Positions 1 to 12,440 of a stretch of 64,000 nt of DNA are shown piece by piece (position 1 is the stretch's first letter; each line of letters begins with the position of its first letter). The translations under genes and the position numbers were made by a program. Below the pieces are notes generated by a model. The model was not told the origin of the DNA and ran no database searches. It saw only the letters and a list, made by a program, of their open reading frames with translations. The stretch lies in contig JAHRHZ010000085.1 of assembly GCA_024137785.1 (NCBI GenBank), forward strand, positions 9,613,548 to 9,677,547, written 5' to 3'. This DNA is from Ginglymostoma cirratum (Eukaryota).

Positions 1-378
1 ACCTGTCCGTAGCCCCGGGCATTTCAAACTGTTGAAGATGCTTTAATGTTTCTTCTTTGCTATCTAGCACAATCTGGTCACATTCATTGATAGACTGCGA
101 AACTCAGTCAGAACCTATATTACTGAGAGAAGTTTATTCTCCCAGACAGTGTGAGCTGGTGGAATTCTTAGTTACACAAGGCGGTTGCATGTTTTCATGA
201 GGAGGCTAGATATAGTTCTTGGGGATAAAGAGATCAAAGGATGTGGAAAGAAAGCAGGAACAGGGTACTGAATTGGATGATTAGCCGTGACCAGTTTTAA
301 TCGTTGGAGCAGGTTTGAGCGGCCAAATGGCCTACTCGTCCTCCTATCAGGACTAGTCTGGATTTCCGAAACGCAAAA

Positions 379-500
379 GAAGGGTTTAGGCCCGAAACGT
401 CAAGTTTTCCTGTTCCTATGATGCTGCTTGACCTGCTGTGTTCATCCAGCCCCATGCTTGTTATCTCGGATTCTCCAGCATCTGCAGTACCTTTTATCTC
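379..500 (+). mobile_element. Truncated Penelope terminal repeat
   Basis: Matches 37346-37432 and 61297-61418; absent from the paralogous site near 51555. Confidence 0.75.
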
Positions 501-1244
501 TAAATACCTTGACTATGATTTTCCTAAAGAATAGGGAATATTGATGAGGACAATACCGATGTTGTGATACATGTGGGCATTTTAATAGAGTCTCACGAGG
601 GAGAGCGGACCGCAATCCCAATGCGTGTAGAATCAAATGGAAATTGCTGTACTTGTAGCAATGATAGAAATCAAAGAAAAGCGCGAGCAGACAATACCAA
701 ATAAAATGGAGAGTTTTACATTGAGTTCTAGAGTTGAGGGACCAAGGATATTTGTGCACGGATTGGTGAAGATGACAGTGTAAATAGCGCAAATGACGAA
801 TAATTGTTCCTCAGTCTTTGGCGTTATAAATATGTTCATACTGTACAAGACAAGGAAATTCTGGTGCAGATTCTCCAAACACAGCTCGGACGTAACTGCT
901 GTGTTGTAGTAACTTTCTGGGCTTGGGACATCAGGAACGGTTTGAATGAATTTCAAAAAAGAGCTGAAGCAATTTGTTAGAATGATACAAAGCATTCAAT
1001 TTCACAATATTTCATAGGACGATTGTAATTCAATGGATCATTTTGCATTCAATGGATCATTTTACAAATGCTTTCATTGTCATTAAAAAATGATGGGAGC
1101 CCACATTTCCAACTAACATCTAAAAAAGGGCAATCCCCTAAGAAAAACAACAAGTAGTTTTTGATTTTATGTTGATTGAAGCATAAATGTTGGCAAGAGC
1201 GCTAAATATTCGACTGCGCATCTTTGTAATAGAAACACCATGGA

Positions 1245-1562
1245 TTGTTTAACATCCAGGTTCCAAGTTCGATTCCAGCTTTGGGTCTCTCTGTGCGGAC
1301 TATGCACATTCTTCCCGTCTGTACGTGGGTTTCCTTTCGGTGTTCCGATTTCCTTCCATCGTCCAAAGATATGCAGGTTAGGTGGATTGGTTGTGATAAG
1401 TTGGCCATAGTGTTAAGGGATATGCAGGCTAGGTGGGTTAGCCAGGGTTTATGCGGGCTTACAGGGATATGGTAGGGGGTAGGACTGAGTGGGATGCTCT
1501 TCAGAGGGTTGGTGTGGTCTTGCTTGGCTGAATGGCCTGTTTCCACACTGTAGGGATTCTAT
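1245..1562 (+). mobile_element. SINE (tRNA/CORE-like head with CR1-like tail, shark HE1-type); related copies at 12790-13120 and 52260-52500
   Basis: B-box-like GTTCGATTCC, shared body GATATGCAGGTTAGGTGGATTGG, tail GAATGGCCTGTTTCCACACTGTAGGGATTCTAT. Confidence 0.7.
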
Positions 1563-2326
1563 AATCTTTGATCCACTGCAGCATGCAGAATAGCTACCAT
1601 TTAACGTCACATAAGAATGCCAGCGCCTCTGCCATTGCAGTGCGTCCCATTACTGTCTGTGTTGGTTTTTGCCTTCTTTTCCTGGAATGTAACTTGCGCC
1701 CAGAAAATTCTAGCACAGGGAGGAAATTCCAACTCGCTGAGAGATGGCTGACGCAAAACCTGTGTGATTCCATGAATGGGGGACGAAGTTCAATGGAGAA
1801 ACTCGGGCTATTTCCATTTAAGAAGAGAAAGTTGAGAGGAGATTTGATGCGCTTGTTCATATTATGAGTGTTCTGAAAATCAGTAATGACCTACTGATCC
1901 CATTAGCGCAAGTTCCAACAACCAGAGCCTCCGATTATGGTAAAAGTCAAAACAAATGCCACGTGCCCAAAAATACGGTTAATATCTGAATGCATTGAGT
2001 AGGAGAGGAATGGAAACAGATCTACTCATGTTTAGAAACAGTATGGACATCAGCAGTGTCAGTTAACTCTGCAATTGAAGATCAAATGTCTTTTCCGAAT
2101 GTTCGCTTCCCGTGATATACGTGATTTCAGAAATGAAATAAACATAGAAGCTGCAAAGTAACATTGAACATATGAGGGTCCATGACCAACCGCACTCACA
2201 GAATGTTAAACGTCATCGGGACGCATCTCGTAGAACACAATTCGGAAACGAATGCTTAGCAGTTACCAACTCGGAGTAACAGTACAGAGTCGTCAGTTGA
2301 ATCCCTTGCTCAAGATTTCAGCCAGA

Positions 2327-2369
2327 ATGAATTTTCGCTGTCTGATTCTACTTGAAGTTATTCTTACAG
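2327..2369 (+). CDS. A1 exon 1, signal peptide MNFRCLILLEVILT
   Basis: ATG at 2327, hydrophobic core, phase-1 donor CAG|GTACTT; conserved at 53259-53313. Confidence 0.8.
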
Positions 2370-5300
2370 GTACTTGCTTACTTAATTGACAGAACTGCTT
2401 TAGTTAATAAAAAGCTTCCGAAGCCATTCGTCATTCATTTAAAGAATCTTATTTCCTCTATCTGGTGAATTATTTAACTCTTCTATCTGTATGCTGTATA
2501 TGACAGTTACCTGTGCTGTACTACGTTTCTAATAGCTGCAGACTGCTCTTGGATCAGTGTTACTCAAACGCCTAAAGAAGTAACTGTGAACAGACGGACG
2601 GACATTACTTTCCACTGCAAATTCACCATCTCTCCGCACAGTTCAAAGCCAGAAGTAATTTGGTGGAAACAGATTGGAAATGAACGTTTTCAGACGAGTG
2701 GAAGAAAACGATTTGGCTTTGGAAATGAAACGTCAGCTTTCTGTAACATTCTTAGCGTTACTGTGCAGGATTCTGGAGTTTATTACTGTGCAGTGATTTA
2801 TCAAGGAATAGGTCAAATAAATGGAACCGGATCCCATTTATTTGTACACGGTAAGTGAGAGAGTGACAATGTCGGAAATATTTCGAAGTAACAAGATATT
2901 TTGGATTGCTTATTTCAACACCTTTGGCAGTATTATCATTGTCATTGGTCATTTGCGCGGCAGCCCACATTTAATATTTCTGTTCTCTTGGAAGAACTGC
3001 ATTTGGACAATGAATATCACAGGCAGAAAACTGCAACATTTATAAATATTAGCCATTTATAATTCCAAAGACAACGTATACACGAATTGTGTATTTCCGA
3101 TACATCGAATTTCGAATGCACACACCCGACGAAAAAGCTCTATGTCAACGCTGTTCCACCACGATTCTTCGTTCGTGGTGTGTTCTTGTTGTCTCGACAA
3201 CTCCCATTTACTAGTTCTGAGGCTCAAGAGTCCAGAAATTAACTCTCACACAATTTTCGCGTCATGGTTTGAAAATCAGTGTGAAATCATTTCCTGATGA
3301 ACGGGATTAATGCAAAAGTAGATACATTTTGAAGCATTCCACGCAGTAGAATCACGTACCTTCAATAAACACGTAAACCAATACTGAGAATCTGTAGCTC
3401 CCAAGGCTAAACTGATTTCATATATTTCTTCATTGGCAATGCTTTCATTTTGAAATTTGGCTAATGCTGTGATCTTCATTTGCAGAACAATCAGCAGCTT
3501 TCAGCGTCATTACACACTTCAGCTTAAAAACACAAGGACTTACGAACATTATTTTCTTTGTCCTTTCCTCTGCCCTGGCTCAATTTAATTAATTCATTCA
3601 ATTACGCGAGCCAAGCATTGCTGAGCATTTTGTTGCTTTCTTCTGCTGTGGAAAATCAAATATTGGATTTAATAGTTCAAGTAAAGGTGAATAAATGCCA
3701 CAGGCATGAAAGCTATTTATTTCATTAGCTGGAAGCTTGTACAAAAATTAAACATACAAGATGCTGCGCGTTTGAATGCTGCGATTATGATAAAGCAGAA
3801 CAACTGAAAATCGTACGAATATTTAACATTTTCAGGTTTTGTCCAATAACTTGGCTTTGTTCATTCTCTTCATGCAGTTGCCCCAGTCCCATTGAAAATT
3901 ACGTCCAAGTTCGACGAAGAAAATTCACTTGTATCTTTGACCCTTCTCTGTGAAACGTCTCCATTTTATCCGGAAGATTTCACCCTCGGCTGGTATAAAA
4001 ATGGCACCGAAATCACAGTCGGAATAAATACTAGTAATGTGCAGAACAGTAACGGGCTGTATGAAGTGACCAGTTCTTTGTCTGAGTCTCAACCTCCCTC
4101 ATACAATACCTGGTATACCTGTTCGGTATCCCACGTCTCCCTCAAGAATCCTGCTGTCATCGTCCACACTATTTCCACATTTGCTCGAGTCCAAAAAGGT
4201 GAGTTAGCTATTGTTAAGCAAGTAACGAAATGTATCGTACAATGTGTGCATATCATGGAGCTAATCCGATGGACTTTTGTGGGAAATGTCTCATTTTAAT
4301 GCATTGTATCAAGTCGTCATTTGTGTTGCAAAAGCAGCTAAACCTAATTGGCATTCGATTTCCTTTATTTATGAAAAGGTAATCATATTCAGAACTGAGC
4401 TGCTCAAACCATTTCTTTCTTTCCGTCATTTTGCGCCGTTCACCTTCTTTGCTTCAGTGTCAAAAAAAATGTTCCATCTGTTTCAACTGCCAGGGGCAAC
4501 AGTGTTTTAGGTTTCATTCTGCCGCTTACCACCGCGTTCCCCGGTTGTTGTATCCAGCGCTGATTTTTAAGACTTTACCCTTTGCGAAGTGTAACCTCTC
4601 ACCCATACACAGCACGTTCAATGAGGATCGCGCTCACACATATCGCAAAGTTTGTGCGATGACTTTACTTGTCCTTGGTGTGGCAGATTTAATGCATTAA
4701 TAGTGTTCTCACTTTGTCAGGGCAGAAAACAACAATTTATTACAACTAATCCGTAGATGTCCTTTGTTATGCAATGAATATCATTAAAACAGTTCATTTA
4801 TTTGCAAAGGGTTCATAACCGATTGCCCCAAACCAGAATTCGATGCGGCCAGCAGAGAAAACGTTTGTGAAATTATGCCTGTAATTTCAGGAAAACATAT
4901 TTTAACATGTAAGAAAAGTCAAGAAGAACAGTATTTTGGTCCATCGGGAATCGATCAGTCTTGTATTCCTACCTCTCCAAAACAGTCCTTTATGATCACG
5001 AGCAGACAATCCATTCCGATGGTTTATTCTGAACTTGCCGTCTGTTCGGAAAAATAAGTCACTTCGACATTCAACTGATGTAGCATTTGGCTCTTCAGCG
5101 TTTTCATTGCCCTTCAGTAGTGTAGAACATATGAAAACATCATCATACTTTATGCAGTAAACTACAGCTAGACTTATTCTTATCCAACTGTTTACCAGCA
5201 AATCATGTCCTCTTAATTCTGCAGGCAATACCAACAATTCACTCGCTTTCTGGGCTCCCATTTGTGCGGTGGTTGGATTCGCATTTCTGGTACTAATGGC

Positions 5301-6857
5301 CGTAATTGCAATGCGACGTGGATTTCAGTCTAACAAAAGTAAGATATACTGTATACTCTTGATTTTCGGTCTAGCTGCACTCTGGGGACAGCAAGCGAGA
5401 AAAAGAGTGATTAGCATGTTCGGGAGAAAGTGAAACGATTTAAAGTCGAAAACGCAAGTGATTAATTTTTCAGTGTGCGCAGATTGTTCCAAACCCATTT
5501 TATAAAGCAAAAATGCTCACAGTTTTGTGATCAGAATTTTAATATTTCTCAGGGGCGTTAGTTAGCAACAGAAAGTTTCACGTTTCAATGCAACTAATGA
5601 CATGTACCATGACAAACATGAAGTTGGTAATTTGATTCTTCTGGTGAGCACTGATTGTTCCTTGAAGAACGGGGGGATGAAAAACAGATGTTGACCATGC
5701 GATACTCTTGATGTTTCTATTAGAAAGTAATCACCATTGTTATGCATCAACTGCATATTCTCAGCGCTTTTCTATCGTTTTGACTGAAAAACTTAAAGCT
5801 TCATTTTTCGTATCGAAACTGGGTTAAAATAATTCCACCACTCAATGTAATTATATTCCATTGGTATGTAGATAAAGAAGGATGCACAAGGCAACCGGAT
5901 CGTCGAGACAAGGTGGTAAGTGCACGTCTCCATCACGATAGGGGTTTGCAGTGTCCGGGGCGATGACAATGAAGGAAGAAATATGCTAATCACGTTAGAA
6001 CATTTTAAGTTTATTTATTGAAGGGCGTGCTCACCCAAGGAGATTTGAAATGCAGTTGCTGCTATGTTGCTATTGATAAAGTATGTTAACGGGATTTTTA
6101 AAAACTTGGTTATATCTAAGAGAATGTTTCTAGTTAATAACACTTTAGAAATGCAGTCAATCTTTAGCTTTGGAAATAAATTTACCGTCCAATGCTTTTT
6201 GACATTGAAACAGATGTTGAAGAATGAATGTGAAAAAGCTTAGCTTGTTAATTTGACTAGTTGTGCATTAACATTTGAATTCACGCGAACATACCTGAAA
6301 AATGGATTTGCAAGTGATCTCGGGCTTAAGTCACATTTGTTCACAGCTTGGTGAACGAATTGTTGAAGACAAGAAATAGCGACTAAATGAAATATTTTGC
6401 TTCTGATCCTCGCAGAAAGCCGCGGCTCAGGGTGTGCATTACGATGCGGTAGAATTCAGCAGAGACAAGAAAGCTCCAAGACGTACATTTGAAGTGGAGA
6501 CATGCATGTACGCTGAGGTAGGGCTGAGAAACAGGAGAAGAACTTAGAATTTCATGATGAAATCGCGATTCAGGCTGCCAATGAGATAATTTGTCTCTGT
6601 TGATATTGACGATCTGAAATATTGAAAGTTGTTTGCGTGCCGTTCTGGTGACCACCTTGCAGAAATCTGGGAAAAAGAGACATTTAAATTTTTTCAAAAT
6701 GCTGCCTTTACAGGTCCGTCAAGATGCTGTCGCTAATGAGGTGCCCTACTGTGCGGTAACGTTGACTAGTTCAAAGAAACCGGAGAAGTACCACAGACCC
6801 AAAGAAGGCACAGAGTATGCTAAGCTGCAGACTGGAAGACGAGAAGAAGTAAGATAA
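2327..6857 (+). CDS. Gene A1: intact 7-exon IgSF receptor, leader-V(J)-C1-TM-ITIM/ITSM tail (SIRP-like / NKp30-like V), 360 aa. Exons 2327-2369, 2536-2850, 3878-4198, 5225-5338, 5872-5915, 6416-6517, 6714-6857
   Basis: All six introns are GT..AG with compatible phases (1,1,1,1,0,0). Exons sum to 1083 nt with no internal stop. Each exon has a homologous exon in the paralog at 53-58 kb. Confidence 0.88.
2536..2850 (+). CDS. A1 exon 2, V-set Ig domain with germline-joined J-like G strand
   Basis: VTQTP..ITFHC..VIWWKQ..DSGVYYCAV..GIGQINGTGSHLFVH; acceptor TAG at 2533-2535 (in-frame alternative CAG 6 nt downstream), donor G|GTAAGT at 2851. Confidence 0.95.
3878..4198 (+). CDS. A1 exon 3, C1-set Ig domain
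   Basis: LTLLCETSPFYPEDFTLGWYKNG..GLYEVTSSL..YTCSVSHVSL contains the C1 signatures FYP and YxCxVxH; CAG acceptor, G|GTGAGT donor. Confidence 0.95.
5225..5338 (+). CDS. A1 exon 4, transmembrane segment (uncharged, one Cys)
   Basis: GNTNNSLAFWAPICAVVGFAFLVLMAVIAM followed by RR stop-transfer; CAG acceptor, A|GTAAGA donor; phase 1-1. Confidence 0.88.
5872..5915 (+). CDS. A1 exon 5, short cytoplasmic exon NKEGCTRQPDRRDKV
   Basis: TAG acceptor, GTAAGT donor, 44 nt; same length and splice sites at 57209-57252. Confidence 0.78.
6416..6517 (+). CDS. A1 exon 6, cytoplasmic, ITIM VHYDAV and CMYAE(V)
   Basis: CAG acceptor, GAG|GTAGGG donor, 34 open codons KAAAQGVHYDAVEFSRDKKAPRRTFEVETCMYAE. Confidence 0.82.
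6714..6857 (+). CDS. A1 exon 7, cytoplasmic, ITIM VPYCAV and ITSM-like TEYAKL, stop TAA
   Basis: TTTACAG acceptor; matches the C-terminal part of ORF 6633..6857. Confidence 0.85.
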   Translation, partial: VRQDAVANEVPYCAVTLTSSKKPEKYHRPKEGTEYAKLQTGRREEVR

Positions 6858-9129
6858 GATATCTATGGACAAGAAGAAATCGCAAGCCTTAACAGTTCAG
6901 AGAGAGAAGATATTTCTAGGACCAGTACTGATTGCATTCTTTTGCGTTTTGAACTTCGGGCCTGCTCAATCTCACTTCTCCGTGAGCATGAATCACAGTG
7001 ATATATCGGATAGCCGTAGTTAGTACCAACCACTCTAATACCCGGTTAATTTTATTTCGTTGTTTTCAAGAGCCCCAGCGAACTGCATTGAAAGTCATGT
7101 GCAAAGTTACTTTGCGCGCAGGGAGTGCTGCCTATCAAAGGTGCTCACTTGCTCTCTTCTCATGCATTGAGTTCCCGGCCTCTTACATCGTCTCAGAATC
7201 CGCGCCTGGCCCTGCTGTTAGCGCAGTCTCAAAGCCATGCAGCTTTTTCTTGCAGGTGAACAATCCTTAATCAATAGGACATTGAACCTGATGTATGCAA
7301 TGTGCTACATAACCCTAACCCTACAATCTGTGCCAGCAGTTTATATGCCAAAGACACATGTGTAGCCAGCAGGCAGCCGTATCTCAAAGGGAACAGTCCA
7401 TTGTGGCATCAGGCACTCGGGATTTCTTGCAACAGCCTCCAATATCATTCTAAGGGATAAGGAAAGGTCAGGTGCCTGATCAAGTTGGTCTTGATCAGAG
7501 TCCGCAGTCCAAGGATTAGGACATTGTCATTCCTGCAGCTTCATAGAGGTTAGTCCGTGGGTGAGAGCAAACGTAGCCAGTAGATTCATAGACATGAGTC
7601 AAGGATCTGGGCTCAGCTTGTCCAGGGCTGTCCAGTTAGGTCTGTCCACGGAAACTAGACGAAAAAGGGAATGACAAATAAAAATGTCTAGGAGGGTTAG
7701 AAAGAAATGGGGAGCAGGCAGGAAAGTGGATTTGAGGTCGAAATGAAATCAATCATGTTTGCATTAAGTAGTGGAGCAAATCCAGGGACTGAATGGGTCA
7801 ATCCTGCCCATGGCTCTTATTTTCTTTTGTTCTTAGGAGTGTCAGTCCCTTTAGTCAAAAGGCAGTGGATGCAGAGTGTTAAAAATATTTTAAGGCAGAA
7901 ATAGATAGGTTGTTGATGAAGAAGGGGATGATAAGTTATCGAGGATATGCAGGGATGTAGAATCGAGGCTAAAATTTGATCAGTCCCAATCTCATTCAAT
8001 GGCAGATCATATTTGAAGGGTCGAATAGTCAACTTTGGTTTCTATATTCGCATGGTCCCAACATAGAAGGGTTGGTGTCACTTGAAGGACACTCGGTAAT
8101 TTCATCGTGCAGTTTGGATAATACTGGCTAAATGGGGATTAGGAGCAATGACAATTGTGAAGGCGGTGCCGTTTTTTAATGACCACAGCATGTAAACGAC
8201 AACTAGGAATGGAATGAGGGAGGAGGATGATTCATCCGTAGTGACGATCGCCTTGACATGAAAGAGGGGAATTGCAAGACTATATAGTCACCTCATATTC
8301 CAAGGGGCCGGAGATGTTGGAGGTGAGTGGGGCTGGAAGTGTGAGTGGACATGTAGACAGGTTAGGTGGGGACCTCTGGAGATTTAAAGCCTCTGGTGGT
8401 TCGGCAGAAGGGCGATCAGTAAAGGAATACGGATGTTCTGGAGTTCCCACATATTGAGGTTGCGGGAAGTCACTGGACAAAGATCGATCACAGTTTCCTT
8501 CGATGTTGCTGGCATTCTGAAGCGTGTAATGTGAAGCACAATGGTGAAGAACACACAGCGTGAGCATTTCTACCTGTCAGGCAGGGGTCTGCATGAATCT
8601 GCTAGTATGAGAAATCACATCACACAAATGCCCATGAACGGTACAGAACTCAGACCTGCACGCTCCCTGATTCCTGGCAATGATAAAACATTAACCCCAA
8701 GTGTGGTGTATACCTCACAGATATGGATAAGTTCATTCACACCAGCACCTTTGCACTGAGAGTCAAAAGAAATGTTTCAAGATGTTTCACCATAAAGGAC
8801 AGTGCCAGCATAACCCATTGCTCAAAATCCCCTCATAGGTTTTTATCTCCTTGTCCCCATCACTATATGTCAGCGTTTTCTCTGGTTTCATAAGAGTGAA
8901 TCTGCTGAGCCGTGGAAACTGTTGGCATTGGACGTTTTGCAGGGAAGCCTCAAGATTTGCATCTGTCCTGAATACTGTTTTGATTGTATTGGATAGCTCA
9001 ACAAGAAGGCAATGAACACCAAAGTGGAAATTTTGTGCTTAATATTTGATTACTTAGCATGAATCCCAGTTTTCTATGGAACATGAACAGAGTTATTCGA
9101 TTTATCAATGCTATGTCTCTGCTTTTCTT

Positions 9130-9706
9130 ACTGGTTATAGTCCAACAAGTTTGTTTGAAAATTCAAGTTTTCTGAGCTCAGCTCCTTCCTCAGGCGTAGT
9201 ATTAGAGAGAGAGAGTGCATAAGACGCAGGTTTTATCAGCAGAAAGGTAACAATGATAAAACTGGTTGCCTTTTGTTGAATCTTTCATCAGTTAGGAACT
9301 AAACTACTGATTAAAATGCAAAATCCAGATTCTTTCAAGTCATTGTCCCGAGATAATTACAGATTTTATCAATATGTACAAGAGGTGAAATCTCAGGTCA
9401 GATGATACATTTTAGCTGTGAGGTCTTGCTTAGAATCTGTCTATGTTTTAAACTGGGGTCAGTTTTTTTAATCAAAACAGAATATGTCTGCAATTACATT
9501 ATCTTGTTGGATGAAGTCATTCATGTGTGTCTGTGTCTGTGTATGTGTGATTGAGAGATTGTGAGTGTGAGGGAGTGTATGTGTGTGAGAGTGTGTGAGT
9601 GCATGTGTGAGAGTGTGTGAGAGCGTGTGTGAGAGAGATTGCATGCGTGTGACATACACAAACACATACTCGTGGGTACACTTTCTTTCTCGATTTCCGT
9701 CTCTCA

Positions 9707-9755
<49 letters not shown>

Positions 9756-10235
9756 AGTCACGGACAGACACTCACATACACACAGATGAATTATTTCATC
9801 TAAGGTGGTTCTCTAGTTGCAGATACATTCTGTTTTGCTCAAAAAATAAAACCTGACCCCAGTTTAAAACATAAACAGATTCTAAGCAAGACATCACACC
9901 TAAAATGTATTGTCTGACCTGAGATGTCACCTCTTGTATACATTAATGAAACCTTTAATTATCTCGGGACAAAGACTTGAAGGAATCTGGTGTTTGCATT
10001 TTAATAAACAGTCTCTTTCCCTACTGATAAAAGATACAACAAAAGGCGCCAGTTTTAGGGTTGTTACCTTTCTGCTTATAACTTTTGTTTCTAATACCCT
10101 CTCTCTCACACTACACCTAATGAAGAAGCTGATCTATGAAAGCTTGGATTTTCAGATGAACCTGTTTGACTATAACCTGGTGTCGTGTGATTTTTGATCT
10201 TGTCCACCCCAGTCCAACACCAGCATCTCCACATC
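9130..10235. repeat. Fold-back structure: ~400-bp imperfect inverted repeats around (GT)n/(CA)n microsatellites
   Basis: 9135-9470 is the reverse complement of ~9850-10180; (CA)n at 9708-9750; degenerate CTGANGA..GAAA motifs near both outer ends. Confidence 0.75.
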
Positions 10236-11479
10236 ATCTTCTCATATTGCGATTCGACAACTTCAACTTAAGTAACGCAATTGCTTGTCTGTATTGGTTG
10301 GAAAACCTTTCAATGAATATGAAGCATACCATTTCTTGTAATAAAGTGATGTGTTGTAACAATTTCATCATGACATTGTGTCGTAAAGGGGTTTGGCCTG
10401 AATAAAGAACTGGTTGGCAGATGAGAAACCTCGAGTCACAATAAATGCGTCATTTTGCAAGTGTCTCTCAGTGACTAGTGTGGTAGTATAGAGAAGGAGC
10501 CTGAACCCTTCACAATGTATATTAATGTATGTTAAAGTATGCATAAACGATCAAAACGCAATATCTCCATGTTTGCAGACAACCACAAATCTTGGAGTGA
10601 GGGTGAGTTGCGAGAAGCTTGCATAAATGCTTCAGCTTGATTTAAGTGTGAGGCATTTTGATAGCAAAACCGAGAAGTCAGATTATTATTTTAATAAAGA
10701 TAGATTTGAGAGCGGGGTTGGGAGGTGGGCTGGGGTGTGAAACGAGATCTAGATAATTTTGTAAACCAGTCGCTGAAAGTGAGCGTGGTGAAGAAGCACT
10801 GAGTATGTTGACCTTCAAAGTAAGAGAATTTGAATAAAAGAGCAGAGATGCCTTACTGCAAGTGTACACGGCGATGGGTCAGACCAAACCAGGAGTATTC
10901 TGTGCAGTTTTGGTCTCTGTTTCTGAGAAAGGATGATGTGGTAATGGATGGACTGCAACAAAGCCTTTCCAGGCTAATCCCTGGCAAAACTGATATATAT
11001 ATATATATAGATAGACTGAATCAATAAGGACTATATTCACTGCAATTTAGAGGAATGGGGGGTGGGAGGTGGTGTGAGGTGGTTTATAGGGATCCATAAA
11101 ATTCGAACAGAACTAGAAAGGGTTAGTGCAGACAGGATGAAGAGCCATGGTGTGGTTGAATAACTTGGATGGCCAAATAGAATTAGCTGAATATGAGTTG
11201 ATAGCCATTACATGGACGTGCTTGCAGGGTGACCAAGATTGGCAACTCTATATTCAAAGGTATTGAGTGTTCTAGAAGAATAGGCAAAACAGAAAACAGA
11301 TGAAGTAGTTTTGTTCATAAAGACAAGTGTCAGTGTGGTAATGACTGGTGATATAGATTAAATACTCCCAGTTCTGGATTCAGTTTGATTTGAAATAAGA
11401 AATAAGTCATGGCTGGGAGTTGACAATATGCCACCAATTTGCCTCACTCTTGGACATTTTGATCTGATTTTACAGCAGA

Positions 11480-12440
11480 CTGGATTCAGTGAAGTACAAG
11501 CAAGCAGCTACTTCGCTTGGAAAGTCCGCTTAGAGCCTTGGATAGTGATGTGGGAGTAAGTAAACGGGCAGGTGTTATACCTTCTACAATTGTACGGGAA
11601 AGTACTGTAGTGTGTGGGGCAGCATTTGGTGTGGAGGAGGAGCAGGCCAAGAATGGGAAATATCTACGCAGAAGGCTGACAAGAGGGGAGACGGGAATAT
11701 GGTCCTGGTGGCGGGATCCTGCTGAAAGTGGTAGCATTGGTGGCTTGCAATCCTTTGGATTTGGATGCCAGTGCTCACAGTGTGGTCTCCTCTAACTGGG
11801 GAGATTATACGCAGACTGGGGGACTACTTTGAAGAACACCTATGTTCTGTCCGCAAACTTGATCCCAAGGTTCCTGTTGCCCGCCATGTCAGTACACTTC
11901 TGTGTTCTTTGGTCAACATCTTTGAATCGGCCTCGCTGCAGTACTACAGTGAAAGTAAGCACAAGATTGAAGAATAGCATTTCCCTTTCTGTTTGGGAAG
12001 CCTGCAGCCTTCAGAACTTAGTATCAAGTTCAACAATTTAAGGTCCTGAGTAGCTTCTCCCATGTCCTTATCCCAAATTGCACGCAAGAGGCCTTGTATT
12101 CACATCTGCTGCTCCCATAACCAACTCGTTGCCGGCCAGTCACGGTTCAATTGAACAGCTATTGATTGTCCCAGGCTTACTTTTATCCATGCCTTTGTCT
12201 GTCCAATTGCTGTAGTCTCTCTGTCTGTGCTCCATCTCCACCTATTGTTTAATCCTGTCCTCTTGCCCACCCCATCTTCAACATGTATGTCAATCTTTTC
12301 CTAGCTACAATCAGCTCTGAAGAATGGTTACTGCACCTGAAACATTAACTCAGCTTACTCAATAGATGCTGCCAGAGATGCTGATATTTTGCCAGGAATT
12401 TCTATGTCTTTTTCTGATTTCCAGCATCCGCAGTTCTTTA
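11480..12440. mobile_element. Old Penelope-like endonuclease/3' fragments in inverted arrangement
   Basis: GE..RRLGDYFEEHLCSVR..PVARH at 11765-11977 resembles the GIY-YIG region of the 34-37 kb element; family tail at ~12315-12440. Confidence 0.65.

Noticed and set aside
2120-2145. IRF/ISRE-like GAAATGAAA upstream of A1
   Set aside because: Short AT-rich match, altered in the A4 copy; not distinguishable from chance.
2780-2900. Rearranging Ig/TCR V segment with RSS (TACTGTG in the YYC codons)
   Set aside because: The J-like strand and splice donor are already in the V exon. No CACAGTG-spacer-ACAAAAACC signal was seen, and TACTGTG is just the Tyr-Cys coding sequence.
9468-9789. ORFs with CVCVCV/HTHTHT repeats
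   Set aside because: Translations of (CA)n/(GT)n microsatellites.
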